The position numbers and the translations under genes were made by a program. This document shows, in pieces, positions 62,471 to 64,000 of a stretch of 64,000 bases of DNA (the first letter of the stretch is position 1; each line of letters begins with the position of its first letter). This DNA comes from Candidatus Latescibacterota bacterium (lineage in GTDB: Bacteria > Latescibacterota > UBA2968): assembly GCA_965116885.1 (NCBI GenBank), contig OZ220741.1:480001-544000 (forward strand). The letters run 5' to 3'. The notes under the pieces are model-generated. The model was not told the origin of the DNA. It saw only the letters and a program-made list of their open reading frames with translations, and made no database searches.

Positions 62471-63013
62471 TCAAGGCATCGGTTTGTACGGAAATGACGA
62501 ATGATGCAAATTGATACGCAGCTTGCCATTCTCGTCCTTAAAATAGCCAAACGTGAACTCCACTTTGGCTTCTTTTCCGGTATTCGCGTCTGTAAAATAG
62601 TAATTCCCCATTGCAATGGCCGAGTCTCCATCAATGATAACATCAGCGTTCTCAAATCGGACTTTGCTCCACGGCTGGATAGCAAAACCGCGATCTTCAG
62701 GTACAATACCCGTCACAAAATAAGATACGGCCTCTTCTTTTGTTAATCGAAATTGCTTTTCTGACGCCTTCGTAGGCTTAAACAGAACCACGCCTTCATC
62801 ATAACCATATAACGTATCGACAGTCTCTTCGGCCAGTGCCTTATAGTCCTCTTTTTGCGTATATGCCTCACCGATAGCGACAATTGCTTCGCCCCAAATT
62901 TTTTGGGCCTCCATAACCTCTTTCTCAACAATACCATTATCTTTCATAACATCCTCTGCATATCCCGTCGCCACAACCACCAGCGTTGCCAATAGTGTCA
63001 ATTGAATCTTCAT
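62471..63013 (-). CDS. Exported COG4337-type (iota-like) carbonic anhydrase
   Basis: Signal peptide; AQ..WG..IV.IG, VLFKPTKA, ED.GFA..PW.KVRFEN, AMGNYYF, KVEFTFGY, LHHSS.PY. Confidence 0.75.
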   Translation of the reverse strand: MKIQLTLLATLVVVATGYAEDVMKDNGIVEKEVMEAQKIWGEAIVAIGEAYTQKEDYKALAEETVDTLYGYDEGVVLFKPTKASEKQFRLTKEEAVSYFVTGIVPEDRGFAIQPWSKVRFENADVIIDGDSAIAMGNYYFTDANTGKEAKVEFTFGYFKDENGKLRINLHHSSFPYKPMP

Positions 63014-63220
63014 TTTTTGCCCCTCCTATTTAAGCAATCGTATCCGACTGCATCGCATTATTTCTTTCTCTTGTATTTCATACATAAAAAATTTCTCTTT
63101 GTGTGTCAAATCAAAATCTTCCTGACAAGCAGTCTTTTTTGGCAAAAAAATCCGTTTTGTGTATCTTCTGCCTCTGTCGTAACAAATCCTGCTCCTCTAT
63201 GCAAACACTAAGGAATTTTC

Positions 63221-64000
63221 ATGCTCGGCAAATTAATCGACAAACTGAAAACAGGACTGACCAAAACCCGCGAAGGCATGGTACAAAAAATTCGCGAAGT
63301 CATTCGGCGGCGTCCTGAAATCGACGAAGAAACCCTTGAAGAAATTGAAGAAATTCTCATCGAAGCCGACATTGGCGTAGAACCCACCCTCCGCATAATT
63401 GACCAACTGCGCGAACGCTTTGAAACCGGCGAACCCGTTGAAAACCCGGAAATCCAGGAATTTCTCGAAGAAGAAATCCGCAAAATCCTCCTGCCTTCAG
63501 ACACCGCGCCATCTATCGCAATCACAACCAAACCCCACGTCATCCTCGTCGTAGGCGTCAACGGCGTGGGTAAAACCACCACCATAGGCAAAATGGCCCA
63601 CAAACTCAGCCGCGAAGGCAAAAAAGTGCTCTTTGCCGCGGGAGACACATTTCGGGCAGCAGCCATTGACCAACTCGGCATCTGGGCAGACCGCACGGGA
63701 TCTGACATCGTGCAACACCAACCGGGCGCAGACGCAGCATCCGTGGCATTCGACGCCATTCAGGCAGCCAGAGCACGCGACATCGACGTCGTACTCATCG
63801 ACACAGCGGGCCGCCTGCACACAAAAATCAACCTCATGGAAGAAGTCAAAAAAATCCGCCGCGTCGTCGCCAAAGCCCTGCCCGGTGCCCCCCACGAAAC
63901 CCTGCTCGTACTCGACGCCACCACAGGACAAAACGCCGTCATACAAGCAAAACAATTTCACAGTACAGTCGAACTCACGGGCCTTGTCCTCGCAAAACTC
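63221..64000 (+). CDS. ftsY: Signal recognition particle receptor FtsY (partial; runs off the window end, absent from ORF track)
   Basis: Manual translation: [17 protein letters not shown]...[42 protein letters not shown]. Confidence 0.95.
   Translation, partial: MLGKLIDKLKTGLTKTREGMVQKIREVIRRRPEIDEETLEEIEEILIEADIGVEPTLRIIDQLRERFETGEPVENPEIQEFLEEEIRKILLPSDTAPSIAITTKPHVILVVGVNGVGKTTTIGKMAHKLSREGKKVLFAAGDTFRAAAIDQLGIWADRTGSDIVQHQPGADAASVAFDAIQAARARDIDVVLIDTAGRLHTKINLMEEVKKIRRVVAKALPGAPHETLLVLDATTGQNAVIQAKQFHSTVELTGLVLAKL

Noticed and set aside
62471..63013. Phosphoribosyl-AMP cyclohydrolase (HisI) label often given to this family
   Set aside because: Lacks the HisI Cys motif and has a signal peptide and the HHSS motif

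Overview
A mostly housekeeping 64-kb bacterial chromosome segment. The gene mix (PorV-family barrel, T9SS-like C-terminal domain, DUF6785-type membrane proteins, PhyH paralogs) suggests an FCB-superphylum lineage such as Latescibacterota; this is inference and no search was run. Contents in order: DUF1844-lptE-cysK-GH29 fucosidase-membrane transporter; a minus-strand run of EF-G paralog, prpBCD, yebC-ruvCAB, tsaB and rimI; a complete rRNA operon (16S, tRNA-Ile, tRNA-Ala, 23S, 5S) with tandem promoters; hemL, tRNA-Arg(UCG), uvrA and rfbB; a patch of orphan antitoxin genes; an accessory cassette (small OM barrel, TonB-dependent receptor, secreted protein with T9SS-like CTD, PorV-family barrel, PhyH dioxygenase, DUF6785 transporter) with a second ~90%-identical PhyH copy upstream; an Lnt-TatC fusion; bioF, trmJ and pdxA; a lone molybdo-hydroxylase large subunit directly heading an 11-subunit complex I operon lacking nuoEFG; a COG4337-type carbonic anhydrase; and a partial ftsY. 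Best candidates for novel biology are the SusD-free TBDR/CTD/PorV uptake cassette, the Mo-hydroxylase plus headless complex I unit, and the Lnt-TatC fusion. Several short intergenic repeat families and unusual substitutions in conserved rRNA helices are also present. All product calls come from motif recognition by eye.
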